A stretch of DNA of 48,708 bases, from assembly GCA_015068925.1 (NCBI GenBank), contig SVJP01000003.1, forward strand, positions 1 to 48,708, written 5' to 3'. Every line of letters begins with the position of its first letter. Within the stretch, counting starts at the first letter, position 1. The notes under the pieces are model-generated. The model did no database searches. It was not told where the DNA came from and was given only the letters and a program-made list of their open reading frames with translations. A program made the translations under genes and the position numbers. Source of the DNA: Oscillospiraceae bacterium. Its GTDB lineage: Bacteria; Bacillota; Clostridia; HGM11514. This document shows, piece by piece, positions 31,580 through 41,067 of this stretch.

Positions 31580-31826
31580 TTGTAATTTTAAATTGGATGT
31601 GATATAATATATTTGCTACAAACTTTTACTATTTTAAATACAGACAAGTTTATATTTTTATGCCTAGAGGGTACGCTATCTTTGCAAAAAGGCGTACACT
31701 CTTGTTTCGTCATACCTCTAGGCAACTAGTCTGTGTTATGAGTAAAAGTGTGTAGCAACATTTGAAACAGAGTCACTTCGCTTTTTTGGTGCGTGGCTCT
31801 GCGAAGGGTTACGCACTTTTTTTATT
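31580..31826 (+). ncRNA. Structured RNA/attenuator cassette D (tandem paralog of C, 266-bp period)
   Basis: TTGTAA-17-TATAAT (31580/31603). Stem 31613-31630 with 31741-31758; inner stems 31637-31645 with 31729-31737 and 31661-31670 with 31715-31724; hairpin 31671-31697; GCGA-capped terminator 31788-31817 plus T-tract. Confidence 0.7.
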
Positions 31827-31840
31827 AGCGGGGTATGAGT

Positions 31841-32374
31841 ATGGAGGAAAAGGTTTGTTGTTTTATCGGGCATCGAAGGATAGCAGAAAAGGAGCAGCTG
31901 CGGGAAAAACTGTATCAAATGATCGAAAAACTGATTCTATATAAGCATGTCACAACCTTTCTTTTCGGAAGCAAAAGCGAATTTGACAGCTTATGTCTTA
32001 CCGTTGTGACAAAGCTCAAAGAGAAATACCCACAGATCCAGCGCATCTACATCCGCGCAGAATTTCCGTATATTACAGATGACTACCAGGCATACCTTTT
32101 GCAAAGCTACGATGATACTTACTATCCGAACCGAATTTTGAATGCAGGGCGTGCTGTTTATGTGGAACGTAATTTCATTATGATTGACCAATCTGATTTT
32201 TGTGTCATCTATTATCATGAAACAAATCAACCGACCGAAGGGAAGCACAAAAGCGGAACAAAAATAGCTTATGAATATGCACAAAAAAAAGAAAAAATCA
32301 TCATACAAACCGCAAATGACGAGAATAGACAAAATGCACAAAACAATTCAATCGAAGCTCGTTTTTTTGTTTAA
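31841..32374 (+). CDS. SLOG superfamily YspA/DUF1273-like protein
   Basis: CCFIGHR, FLFGSKSEFD, RNFIMIDQSDFCVIYY, SGTKIAYEYA motifs; ATG 31841 is better spaced from GGGG than ATG 31835. Confidence 0.8.
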   Translation: MEEKVCCFIGHRRIAEKEQLREKLYQMIEKLILYKHVTTFLFGSKSEFDSLCLTVVTKLKEKYPQIQRIYIRAEFPYITDDYQAYLLQSYDDTYYPNRILNAGRAVYVERNFIMIDQSDFCVIYYHETNQPTEGKHKSGTKIAYEYAQKKEKIIIQTANDENRQNAQNNSIEARFFV

Positions 32375-32560
32375 AAACACTGCGAAATTTGGAGCCATCG
32401 GAAAAAATCAAGAAAAAACTTGACAATTTTAAAAAATTATGGTATCATTAACTAACAGTTGCCTTTTTAGCAAAGAAGTTCTGAATGAAAAATACCCTTA
32501 TTCAGGCTTGTTTTTCTCAGGAAAAACGAAGTAAGAAAAGAGATTTGAAAAGAGGAATGA

Positions 32561-33616
32561 ATGATGCGAAAAAGAATTTTGGCTGTTGTGATTGCAGTCT
32601 TGTGCTGCTTGTCCTTGGTAATGGGCGTTGCAGCAAGTGACGGAAGTTACATTGTAGTAAATGGGAATGCGGTTGAATTAAGCCGTGCCCCTGTCACAAT
32701 CGGGGGAAGAAAGATGGTTCCCATACGTGCAGTAGCAGAAGCTATGCGGTGCGAAGTTGGTTGGGATGCAGAATTGCAGGCGGCGATTATTTCAAATGGA
32801 GAAGTCAGCTTGTCTCTGCGGATTGACCATGTGGATATGAAAGTAACGGATGCTAATGGTGAATATACCGTAATGATGGATGTGCCGCCGATTTTGATTG
32901 ATGGTACCACTTATCTTCCTTTGCGTGTAGTGGTTGAGGCTCTGGGTGGCAGTGTTTATTGGGATGGTGATTCGGGTGTCACTTATATTGATTATCCTGC
33001 AAAAACAGAAGAAGTAGCAGAAGAAACTTTTACATCCAATCATAATCCTTCAGCACACACATTTTATTTTCAAAATGAAGCAAGATTTAATTTACCCTAC
33101 AACGGCAGCGGTTATTGCTGGGTTTGCAGTTATGCAATGGTGTTAACCGATGTGATGGGTTATCCGATTACGCCTGTGGATGTGGCAGCAGTAAACAGTA
33201 GCAATGGTGCAAACGGAAATTACTGTTACCATGCTCAGATTGTATCGACCTTTGGTGCAAAATTTGTACCTGCTGTTGATCCGTCATCTCCTTATTATCG
33301 GGATTACAATGTTTGGTTCGGTTTGACTTATTTGAACACACCGGATGAACAATCTGCCATCAATGCTTTGAAAGAAGCACTTGATCGTAATCCTGCAGGT
33401 GTATTGGTAAGATTTGAAGGATTTTCTCCACATACCATAGTGGCAATTGGCTACGAAGGCAACACAATTTATTTTAACGAACCTATGCCCTGTGGTTACG
33501 GATACAGCGAAAGCAGTATTTATCAAAGCGTTACCTTTGACCAAACTCATCCGGGAGGATATTGCGGTTTTGGATTAAAGGATATGACGGCTATTCAGGC
33601 AATTGCAAGACAATAA
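32561..33616 (+). CDS. Secreted copper amine oxidase N-terminal (stalk) domain protein with C39-like cysteine peptidase domain
   Basis: Signal peptide; MVPIRAVAEAM..V.WD and YLPLRVVVEALG..V.WD repeats; Q...GYCWVCSYAM, HTIVAIG, YFNEP. Confidence 0.7.
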   Translation: MMRKRILAVVIAVLCCLSLVMGVAASDGSYIVVNGNAVELSRAPVTIGGRKMVPIRAVAEAMRCEVGWDAELQAAIISNGEVSLSLRIDHVDMKVTDANGEYTVMMDVPPILIDGTTYLPLRVVVEALGGSVYWDGDSGVTYIDYPAKTEEVAEETFTSNHNPSAHTFYFQNEARFNLPYNGSGYCWVCSYAMVLTDVMGYPITPVDVAAVNSSNGANGNYCYHAQIVSTFGAKFVPAVDPSSPYYRDYNVWFGLTYLNTPDEQSAINALKEALDRNPAGVLVRFEGFSPHTIVAIGYEGNTIYFNEPMPCGYGYSESSIYQSVTFDQTHPGGYCGFGLKDMTAIQAIARQ

Positions 33617-33673
33617 GAACAAAAATGAAGCTGCAGCAAATGAAGCTGCAGCTTTATTATATGCAAAAAATTG

Positions 33674-33952
33674 TTACATTTCGTAATTTACTGCTTGGCG
33701 AGAAGCGGTAAAGGGACGAACGTAGGTGTCAGCAACTGACACATGAAGAGGATGCTTTGCATATTCATCCAGGGCTTCCCAAGAAGAATGAGTAGAAATC
33801 AAAACAACATTTTCCGGATTTTTATCAATTCCCACCTGAATGGATTCCAATCCGGGAATTTTTCCCTTCAGTGCTTCCAATTCCTTTTTCATGTTCAACG
33901 CAAGTTCCGGGTTATTTTCTTTTAGCTTCCACATTACTACATGACAAATCAT
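33674..33952 (-). CDS. Dabb (stress-responsive A/B barrel) family protein
   Basis: MICHVVMWKLK, LKGKIPG, LDEYAKHPLH. Confidence 0.9.
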   Translation of the reverse strand: MICHVVMWKLKENNPELALNMKKELEALKGKIPGLESIQVGIDKNPENVVLISTHSSWEALDEYAKHPLHVSVADTYVRPFTASRQAVNYEM

Positions 33953-34137
33953 AACAAACTTCCTTTCCTTTTATAAAATATTTTCCTTATTATATCATAG
34001 AATTTTCATTTTGTCTATAAAAAAGAAAAATATGTTACAAAATAAAGACAAAACGACTAAGTTTTAGGAGATTTGGTTGACAAAGAAGAAAAAATAAGAT
34101 ATAGTAAAAGGATGAAAAGATATTTTTCAGGAAAGGA

Positions 34138-35742
34138 ATGATAGGAATGAAAAAGATAACAGCAATGTTATTGTTCGTTTGTATGTTGTTTGGTATTCGC
34201 ATGATTTCATTTGCAGAACCAACAGGAACCTTTTATGAAGAGTATGGAATTTGGTTTGACAGTAAAACAGGAACGATAACAGGATTTCAAGAGGAAATCA
34301 ATCAGGTGGAAATTCCAAAGGAAATTGACGGAAAAGCAGTTTTGGCAATTGGTGAAAAGGCATTTTATGAATGTACAACCTTAACACGGGTTTTGATGCC
34401 TGATTCTATTGTTAAAATTAATGCACAGGCCTTTGCAGGATGTGGGGCATTAGAAGAAATTACATTTTCGTCCAATATTGAAAGAATTGGCGCGGAAGCA
34501 TTTCTTCAATGTAATTCCTTGCAGGAGGTGAGTTTTTCCGAATCCTTGGAAATCATTGAAAACAGCGCTTTTTTGAATTGCAATTCCTTAACTAAGGTAG
34601 AGTTACCAGCAAGGGTTTCTGAGATTGGAGATGGTGCATTTTCTTATTGTGAAAAGTTAGAGGATATTTCTGTTTCTGAAGAAAATAAAATGTTCTGTGT
34701 AGAAAACGGAGTTTTGTTTGATAAAGAGAAAACAACATTAATTCAGTATCCTGCCGGTTTAAAATCTGATTCTTATGAAATTCCGGAAACAGTAAAAACC
34801 ATTAAAAATGCAGCATTTGCATATAGTAATCAATTGTCCTCCGTAACCTTACAAGACGGATTAACAGAGATTGGCGATTTTGCATTTTTTGAATGTGATT
34901 CCTTGAAAGAGTTGACGATTCCCGATACGGTTTTTCGTATTGGAAAGGAAGCATTCGCATGGTGCAATAATCTGAAGGAAGTGACATTACCGGAAGGATT
35001 GGAGTCCATTGAATACGGATTGTTCTGGAATGCAAAAAAATTGGAAAAAGTGAACATTCCTTCTTCTGTTACAAATATTTGTGATTATGCGTTTGCCCTT
35101 TGTGAGAGTTTAACTTCCATTCAATTATCACCGGATGTGATTTCTTTGGGAGAGGAAAGCTTTGCGTATTGCAGCAATTTAAAGAAAATTGAATTTCCGG
35201 ACCAATTAACAATGATTTGTAAAAAAGCATTTTTGAATAATTATTCTTTGCGACAAGTGATTGTGAGAAACGGGACAGCATATTTTGAAGAAAATGTGTT
35301 TGAAGGTTGTAAAAACCTGCAGTTTTTCTCACCCCCTGATTCTGCTGTACAAGCTTATGTACTGGGAAATGAAGATGCATGGGAAAAGATTGTAACCATA
35401 ACTTATATGGGTCATGAGATTCCTTCTGATCAGCTTCCCATTACCAGATCCTCAAGAACCTTGGTTCCTGTTCGAGCTGTGTTTGAAGCCATGGGAGCTA
35501 CGGTTGAATGGATTGGGTCAGATCAAACGGTAGCAATGTCCAGAAATGATACGTTGATTTTTCTGACCATGGATCAGCATACCATGTGGGTAAATGGAAA
35601 TGCAGTTCAATTGGATGTAGCACCCGTCATGCAGCATGGCAGAATTTTTGTACCAGTTCGTGCTATTGCAGAAGGCTTACATTGTGATATTTACTGGGAT
35701 GAGGCAACGCAAACAGTTTCTATCTGGGAAAAGGAGAACTAA
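34138..35742 (+). CDS. BspA-type leucine-rich repeat surface protein with C-terminal copper amine oxidase N-domain
   Basis: Many I...AF..C..L..V.LP repeats; LVPVRAVFEAMGATVEW; signal peptide. Confidence 0.88.
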   Translation: MIGMKKITAMLLFVCMLFGIRMISFAEPTGTFYEEYGIWFDSKTGTITGFQEEINQVEIPKEIDGKAVLAIGEKAFYECTTLTRVLMPDSIVKINAQAFAGCGALEEITFSSNIERIGAEAFLQCNSLQEVSFSESLEIIENSAFLNCNSLTKVELPARVSEIGDGAFSYCEKLEDISVSEENKMFCVENGVLFDKEKTTLIQYPAGLKSDSYEIPETVKTIKNAAFAYSNQLSSVTLQDGLTEIGDFAFFECDSLKELTIPDTVFRIGKEAFAWCNNLKEVTLPEGLESIEYGLFWNAKKLEKVNIPSSVTNICDYAFALCESLTSIQLSPDVISLGEESFAYCSNLKKIEFPDQLTMICKKAFLNNYSLRQVIVRNGTAYFEENVFEGCKNLQFFSPPDSAVQAYVLGNEDAWEKIVTITYMGHEIPSDQLPITRSSRTLVPVRAVFEAMGATVEWIGSDQTVAMSRNDTLIFLTMDQHTMWVNGNAVQLDVAPVMQHGRIFVPVRAIAEGLHCDIYWDEATQTVSIWEKEN

Positions 35743-35745
35743 AAA

Positions 35746-36885
35746 ATGACATCGATAGAGCGCATAAAATGGATGTATCAGTTAGATATTCCCATGCCAA
35801 AAGAGTGGAATCGGGAAGAAATTTTAAGGTTGTATGAAACCTATGAGTTTGGTGTAACGCCATCTTTTTCTTCTGAAAATACCGATTTTTCAGTTGATTC
35901 TGAGGAAATTACTGATTTTGGTGCGGTATGCAAAAAAATCTCTGTGGTTTTAAAAAGAGAGGGAAAGGAGTATTCTTATCCTATTACTTTGTATCATCCC
36001 GAAGGGAAGGAAAAAAGTCCTGCCTTTTTAATGGTAACAAAACAGCTTTTATTAGACAGATATCATTTTATGGAAGAAGGCGATACGGGATTTTTCCCCG
36101 TTCAGAGCTTGATTCAAAGAGGATATGCCGCCATTGTTTTGAATATTGACGGTGTAGCACGGGACAATCAGGAGGATTTTGAAGATTTTAAAGATGGCTT
36201 GTACCGTTTTCTGGACATTCAGGAAAGCGACGACAGTATAGGCGCAATCGGTTTATGGGCGTTTTCTGCCTGTCGTGTGATGGACTGCTTAGAGCGGATG
36301 CCCGAGATAGATGCAACCCGTGTGGCAGTAGTGGGTCATTCTCGGTTTGGGAAAACAGCTCTTTGGGCAGGTGCTCAGGATGAACGGTTTTATCTATCTG
36401 TTTCTAACAATTCGGGATGTGGCGGTGCGGCAAATTTTCGTATCAAAGGCGGAGAGCGGATTGCATTTATGAAAGAGGTTGTTCCTTATTGGTTTTGTAA
36501 GAATTATTATCAATTTGCATTTCAAGAAGAAAAATTGCCCTTTGACCAGCATATGTTGATTGGATTAATGGCACCTCGTTACGTATATGTGGCAAGCTCA
36601 AATATGGATTATTGGGCAGATCCGGATGCCGAATTTATTTCCACTATGTTGGCATCTGAAATTTTTAAAAAGGTTTGCGGAGAAGAATCCTTTGATGCAA
36701 CAGAAATTCCGCCTGCAGATTCTGCGGTTTTTGGCAATCATATTGCATACCATGTCAAAAGTGGTGGTCATAGTTTGAATTATGTGGATTGGGAATATTA
36801 TTTAGATTATATGGATGAAATAAATAGAAAGAAAAGAGAATATAAAAAAGTCCGGGATGCAAAAAGGTTGAATCATCCTTCATAA
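35746..36885 (+). CDS. Alpha/beta hydrolase, CE15 glucuronoyl-esterase-like
   Basis: VVGHSRFGKTALWAGA nucleophile motif, NNSGCGG, LPFDQH, WADP. Confidence 0.8.
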   Translation: MTSIERIKWMYQLDIPMPKEWNREEILRLYETYEFGVTPSFSSENTDFSVDSEEITDFGAVCKKISVVLKREGKEYSYPITLYHPEGKEKSPAFLMVTKQLLLDRYHFMEEGDTGFFPVQSLIQRGYAAIVLNIDGVARDNQEDFEDFKDGLYRFLDIQESDDSIGAIGLWAFSACRVMDCLERMPEIDATRVAVVGHSRFGKTALWAGAQDERFYLSVSNNSGCGGAANFRIKGGERIAFMKEVVPYWFCKNYYQFAFQEEKLPFDQHMLIGLMAPRYVYVASSNMDYWADPDAEFISTMLASEIFKKVCGEESFDATEIPPADSAVFGNHIAYHVKSGGHSLNYVDWEYYLDYMDEINRKKREYKKVRDAKRLNHPS

Positions 36886-37115
36886 AAGATAGCAAAAAGT
36901 TGAAAATAACGAGCTGAATGCAGAAAAATCCCAATGAAATGGGATTTTTCTTTGTTGTATAAGCTTTTTGCTACGAAAAAACATTGCTTCTCGTTGTATC
37001 GTTATACGACTTCGGGTAACCAAAAGCTTTGCTTTTGCTCTGTTTTCCGTTCTGAACATTTTTTCTTATTCCCCGCTAAGAAGGTGTTATAATAAATTTA
37101 CAGTCCCTTTATAAA

Positions 37116-37883
37116 TTATTTCATTGCCAATCTGATTTTATCTGAAATCATGGCAATAAATTCCGAATTGGTGGGTTTTCCCCGGTTGGTGTGAATGGTG
37201 TAGCCAAAATAAGAGGAAAGTACATCGGGGTCTCCTCTGTCCCATGCCACTTCAATGGCATGACGAATGGCACGTTCCACCCTGGAATGGGTGGTTGCAA
37301 ATTTCTTGGCAACCATAGGGTAGAGCTGCTTGGTAATGGCATTGAGCAAATCTACATCATCAATGACCAGCATAATTGCTTCCCGTAAATATTGATAGCC
37401 CTTAATGTGTGCAGGAATTGCCACTTCGTGCATGATTTTTGTGACTCTTGTTTCCAAATCTTCTGTAATTGGCATAACGGCGGAAGGCACAAGGAAGCGG
37501 TCGGTTCCGGAAAATTGTTGAATTCGTTCCATTAAAATGTTCAAATCAATTGGCTTGACCAGATAATAGTCTACCCCCAACCGCATGGCAGTTTGCATGG
37601 TTTTGTCTCGATTCATGGCAGTCAGCATAATGAAAACCGGTGTTTTTGGAAGTAAATCCTTATTATCTTGAATCTTTTTTAATACATCCAACCCATCCAT
37701 ATAAGGCATACAGTTGTCCAGTATTACCACATCAGGATTCAAAGAACAAATTTTGTCAAATGCTTCCTCTCCATTGTAAGCAACGCCAATCATTTCCATA
37801 TTGGACTGTAAATTGACCATATCACTTACATTCTCACAGAATTCTTCACAATCATCCGCCATAAAAATCTTAAGTTTCTCCAT
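37116..37883 (-). CDS. spo0A: Sporulation master regulator Spo0A
   Basis: Receiver domain plus [43 protein letters not shown]. Confidence 0.97.
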   Translation of the reverse strand: MEKLKIFMADDCEEFCENVSDMVNLQSNMEMIGVAYNGEEAFDKICSLNPDVVILDNCMPYMDGLDVLKKIQDNKDLLPKTPVFIMLTAMNRDKTMQTAMRLGVDYYLVKPIDLNILMERIQQFSGTDRFLVPSAVMPITEDLETRVTKIMHEVAIPAHIKGYQYLREAIMLVIDDVDLLNAITKQLYPMVAKKFATTHSRVERAIRHAIEVAWDRGDPDVLSSYFGYTIHTNRGKPTNSEFIAMISDKIRLAMK

Positions 37884-38121
37884 AATAATACCTCTTTTCT
37901 GTTAATATATTACAATTATACCATATACTGGAAAATAATGCAAGGGTTTTTTAAAAATATTTTACATTTTTTTCCAGTGGCGTAATATGTCTGTAATGAA
38001 AGAAAGGAAAAGAACCTTGTCATATTACGTCGATATTACACAATAATTGCAAATTTATGACAAAACGACAAACCTTGACAGACACTTTAAATAGTGGTAT
38101 AATAAATGTATCAACTGAATA

Positions 38122-38233
38122 GGATGTCTTCAGGGCAGGGTGAAATTCCCGATCGGCGGTAAAGTCCGCAAGCGTTTTGCATGATTTGGTGTGATTCCAA
38201 AACCGACAGTATAGTCTGGATGAAAGAAGATGA
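38122..38233 (+). ncRNA. FMN riboswitch (RFN element)
   Basis: TCTTCAGGGCAGGGTGAAATTCCCGATCGGCGGT...CCGACAGTATAGTCTGGATGAAAGAAGA. TTGACA/TATAAT promoter upstream; terminator CACCTGAAT/ATTCAGGTG downstream. Confidence 0.95.
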
Positions 38234-38309
38234 GGAAATTTGCCTTATTGCACCTGAATGACCATTGATTCAGGTGTTTGTTATTGTAAAAAGAAAGGGG
38301 AATTTCATA

Positions 38310-38957
38310 ATGAATCAAAAAACAAAAAAGCTAACCACGATAGCAATGCTGTGTGCCATGTCTTATGTTGCAATGCTTGTATGTCGGATTCCTATTACCG
38401 CGGTGGAATTTTTAAAGTATGAGCCAAAGGATGTGTTGATTACCATCGGCGGATTTTTGTTCGGACCAATCGTTTCCTTTTTAGTGGCATTGATTGTTGC
38501 TTTTGTAGAAATGATTACGGTCAGCGGAACGGGGATTGTTGGTTGTATTATGAATTTAATTTCCAGTTGTGCATTTTCGTGTACTGCAGCGGCAATCTAT
38601 AAGAAAAAAAGAACGATGGCAGGTGCAATATGGAGCTTGGCGATTGCAGTTTTGGTAATGACAGCCGTGATGCTGATTTGGAATTATTTGATTACACCCA
38701 TTTATATGATTATGCCTCGTTCTTCGGTGGCAAGTATGCTAATTCCTGTTTTTCTTCCTTTTAATTTAATTAAAGGAGGATTGAATATGGCGATTATTCT
38801 GTTGATTTATCGTCCTATCGTATCAGCGTTGCGCAGAACCAAATTAATTGATCCCGCTCTTGCGCCAAAAAGAAATAAACTGGGAATCTTTCTTGTTGCA
38901 CTGCTCTTATTGTTAACTTGTATTTTGTTTATTCTGGTTCAAAAGGGTATTTTGTAA
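38310..38957 (+). CDS. ribU: ECF transporter S component, riboflavin (RibU)
   Basis: FLKYEPKDV, PFNLIKG, multiple TM helices; downstream of the FMN riboswitch. Confidence 0.88.
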   Translation: MNQKTKKLTTIAMLCAMSYVAMLVCRIPITAVEFLKYEPKDVLITIGGFLFGPIVSFLVALIVAFVEMITVSGTGIVGCIMNLISSCAFSCTAAAIYKKKRTMAGAIWSLAIAVLVMTAVMLIWNYLITPIYMIMPRSSVASMLIPVFLPFNLIKGGLNMAIILLIYRPIVSALRRTKLIDPALAPKRNKLGIFLVALLLLLTCILFILVQKGIL

Positions 38958-39032
38958 AAATTTTTGATTATTTTTAAAAAAAAGATTGCTTTTTTTAAAA
39001 AAGTGTGGTATAATAACCTTTGTTGGTTGTTT

Positions 39033-39109
<77 letters not shown>

Positions 39110-39147
39110 AAAAGCCGTCAATCTTGAAACAAGGTTGACGGCTTTTT
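39110..39147 (+). terminator. Terminator after tRNA-Arg
   Basis: AAAAGCCGTCAATCTTG-AAA-CAAGGTTGACGGCTTTTT. Confidence 0.85.
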
Positions 39148-39279
39148 ATGAATTATGAATTTACTATTAATGCTGACAGTGATATCCAATTGTCAAAAAA
39201 CTTACCGAGGGTATTTCTTTTAAGGAAAAGATTTACATACAAAGAAAATCATGATATAATAAAAATAAGGAGTGATTTG

Positions 39280-41049
39280 ATGAAAAACAGAATAACTGCA
39301 TTTGTTTTATGTATTACCTTGTGTTTTTTTGTATTGCCGACGGTAGTATTTGCTCGGGATACCTCTTTTGAGACAACATTGGCACAAGATTTAAAAGAGT
39401 TAGGATTATTTTACGGCGTATCGGAAACAGATTTTGCCTTGGATCGTGCTCCCACAAGAGTGGAAGCAATCATTATGTTAATTCGATTGCTTGGTAAGAG
39501 CGAGGAAGCAACTGCAAAAAAATGGTCTCATCCTTTTGAGGATGTTCCTGATTGGGCAGACCGCTATATCGGTTATGCATACCAAAACGGATTAACAAGT
39601 GGCACTTCTGAAACAACCTTTGGCACAGGAAATGCCGGTTCGCAAATGTATCTGACATTTGTATTGAGAGCATTGGGATATTCTGATACCATCAACAATC
39701 CTGATTTTCGTTGGGATAACCCGTATGAATTGTCTGAATATTTGGGAATCTTACCGGGCAGAGTGAGAAGAAATAATTTCTTGCGTGCAGATGTTGTGAT
39801 GGTTTCTTATGCTGCCTTATCTGTTAAGCTGAAAAATTCCAACAAGACCTTGGCAGAAAAATTAATATCAGAAGATGTTTTCACAAAAAAGCAGTTTCAT
39901 CAGCATTACGATTTAGAATCATTTCAAGCTCAGGCTGCAAATCTGACAGAATTGACAGCAGAACAAGTTTATCAAGAGTGTTCCCCTGCGGTTTTTTATC
40001 TGGAGGTTTATAACAGAAAGGGAGAAGCTATTTCTTCCGGTAGCGGATTTTTTATTGATGATAACGGAACTGCAGTAACCAATTATCATGTCATTGACGG
40101 TGCCTATTCTGCAAAAATTGAAATGGATAATGGTGAAGCTTATTCTGTGGAAGGTGTTTATGATTATGATAAAGCCATGGATTGGGCAATCATTAAAATT
40201 GACGGTTCCGGTTTTTCAGAGCTGGAAATCGGAGATGATGAAACGATTGTAGGTGGTGCAACGGTGTATGCCTTGGGAAGTCCGTTAGGACTTCAGAACA
40301 CCATTTCTCAAGGCTTGATTTCCAGCACAAATCGTTCTTTGGACGGTGTTTCATACATTCAAACCAGTGCAGCCATTTCCCATGGCAGCAGCGGTGGTGC
40401 ATTGATTAATAAATATGGTCAAGTCATCGGCATTACCTCTGCCGGATTTACAGAAGGAGAGAATTTGGGACTGGCATTGCCTATTACGGTGATTGACGGT
40501 TATCAGCAATCCTCTGTTATCCCTCTTTCTCAACTGACAGGCGGAGGCAATCAGATGGGTGGAAATGTGAAGGCATCTGCATATGATTATTTGTCTGCTT
40601 TTGTAGAAGTATATGCCAATTATGTAGACAGCGAAGGCAGAAAGTCCTATAAAGAAACAACCAATGTGAATGGTGTTGCCATTGAAATGGGTATTCTTCG
40701 GGAAGAAGATTGTTTGACCGTTTATGTATATGAGCAGATGGGAAAGGAGAATTTTTTCAGTTCCGTGGATATCACTCCTGACAAAACGGAAAGTTTTTAT
40801 TATCATTCTTACACGATTGGCAATTATACCGCCTGTGAAGGATATGGTTATCTTTCGCCTGCATCTGTCACCCGCGACGGGATTCTTTTCTTTCAAAAGT
40901 ATGAAGGTGTGGCACCTCGTCAGGACCATGAACAACTGTTTTCAAAAAATGTGAAGCTGGGATTGGATTTTGTAAATGGTATTTTTGCAAATTATTTAAG
41001 GGATTTTGGAACCTTTAGTGTGTATGATTTGGGATTTGTGAATTATTAA
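39280..41049 (+). CDS. S-layer-homology domain protein with trypsin-like (HtrA-type) serine protease domain
   Basis: Start reset to ATG 39280 after AAGGAGTGA; signal peptide; TRVEA and HPFEDVPDWA SLH-like motifs; SGSGF, TNYHV, GSSGGAL. Confidence 0.85.
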   Translation: MKNRITAFVLCITLCFFVLPTVVFARDTSFETTLAQDLKELGLFYGVSETDFALDRAPTRVEAIIMLIRLLGKSEEATAKKWSHPFEDVPDWADRYIGYAYQNGLTSGTSETTFGTGNAGSQMYLTFVLRALGYSDTINNPDFRWDNPYELSEYLGILPGRVRRNNFLRADVVMVSYAALSVKLKNSNKTLAEKLISEDVFTKKQFHQHYDLESFQAQAANLTELTAEQVYQECSPAVFYLEVYNRKGEAISSGSGFFIDDNGTAVTNYHVIDGAYSAKIEMDNGEAYSVEGVYDYDKAMDWAIIKIDGSGFSELEIGDDETIVGGATVYALGSPLGLQNTISQGLISSTNRSLDGVSYIQTSAAISHGSSGGALINKYGQVIGITSAGFTEGENLGLALPITVIDGYQQSSVIPLSQLTGGGNQMGGNVKASAYDYLSAFVEVYANYVDSEGRKSYKETTNVNGVAIEMGILREEDCLTVYVYEQMGKENFFSSVDITPDKTESFYYHSYTIGNYTACEGYGYLSPASVTRDGILFFQKYEGVAPRQDHEQLFSKNVKLGLDFVNGIFANYLRDFGTFSVYDLGFVNY

Positions 41050-41067
41050 GCAAAAAAAGAGGGATTA

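Noticed and set aside
31374-31755. 30-31 codon ORFs inside cassettes C and D (type I toxin or leader peptide)
   Set aside because: No RBS, the peptides are not similar to each other or hydrophobic, and there is no counterpart in A/B.
31314-31826. Cassettes as 6S RNA, T-box, retron msr-msd or CRISPR array
   Set aside because: No T-box or specifier motif, no reverse transcriptase or cas gene, and no short repeat-spacer periodicity. The rod is superficially 6S-like, but 6S does not explain the covarying downstream target, the antiterminator or four copies. 6S is not formally excluded without cmscan.
32455-32540. Two hairpins in the leader of the stalk-domain peptidase gene, possible riboswitch
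   Set aside because: No recognisable aptamer consensus (c-di-AMP, c-di-GMP) and no second copy to show covariation.
37884-38075. Spo0A boxes upstream of spo0A
   Set aside because: Only mismatched TGTCG/TGTCA-like words were seen, with no exact TGNCGAA, which is insufficient support.
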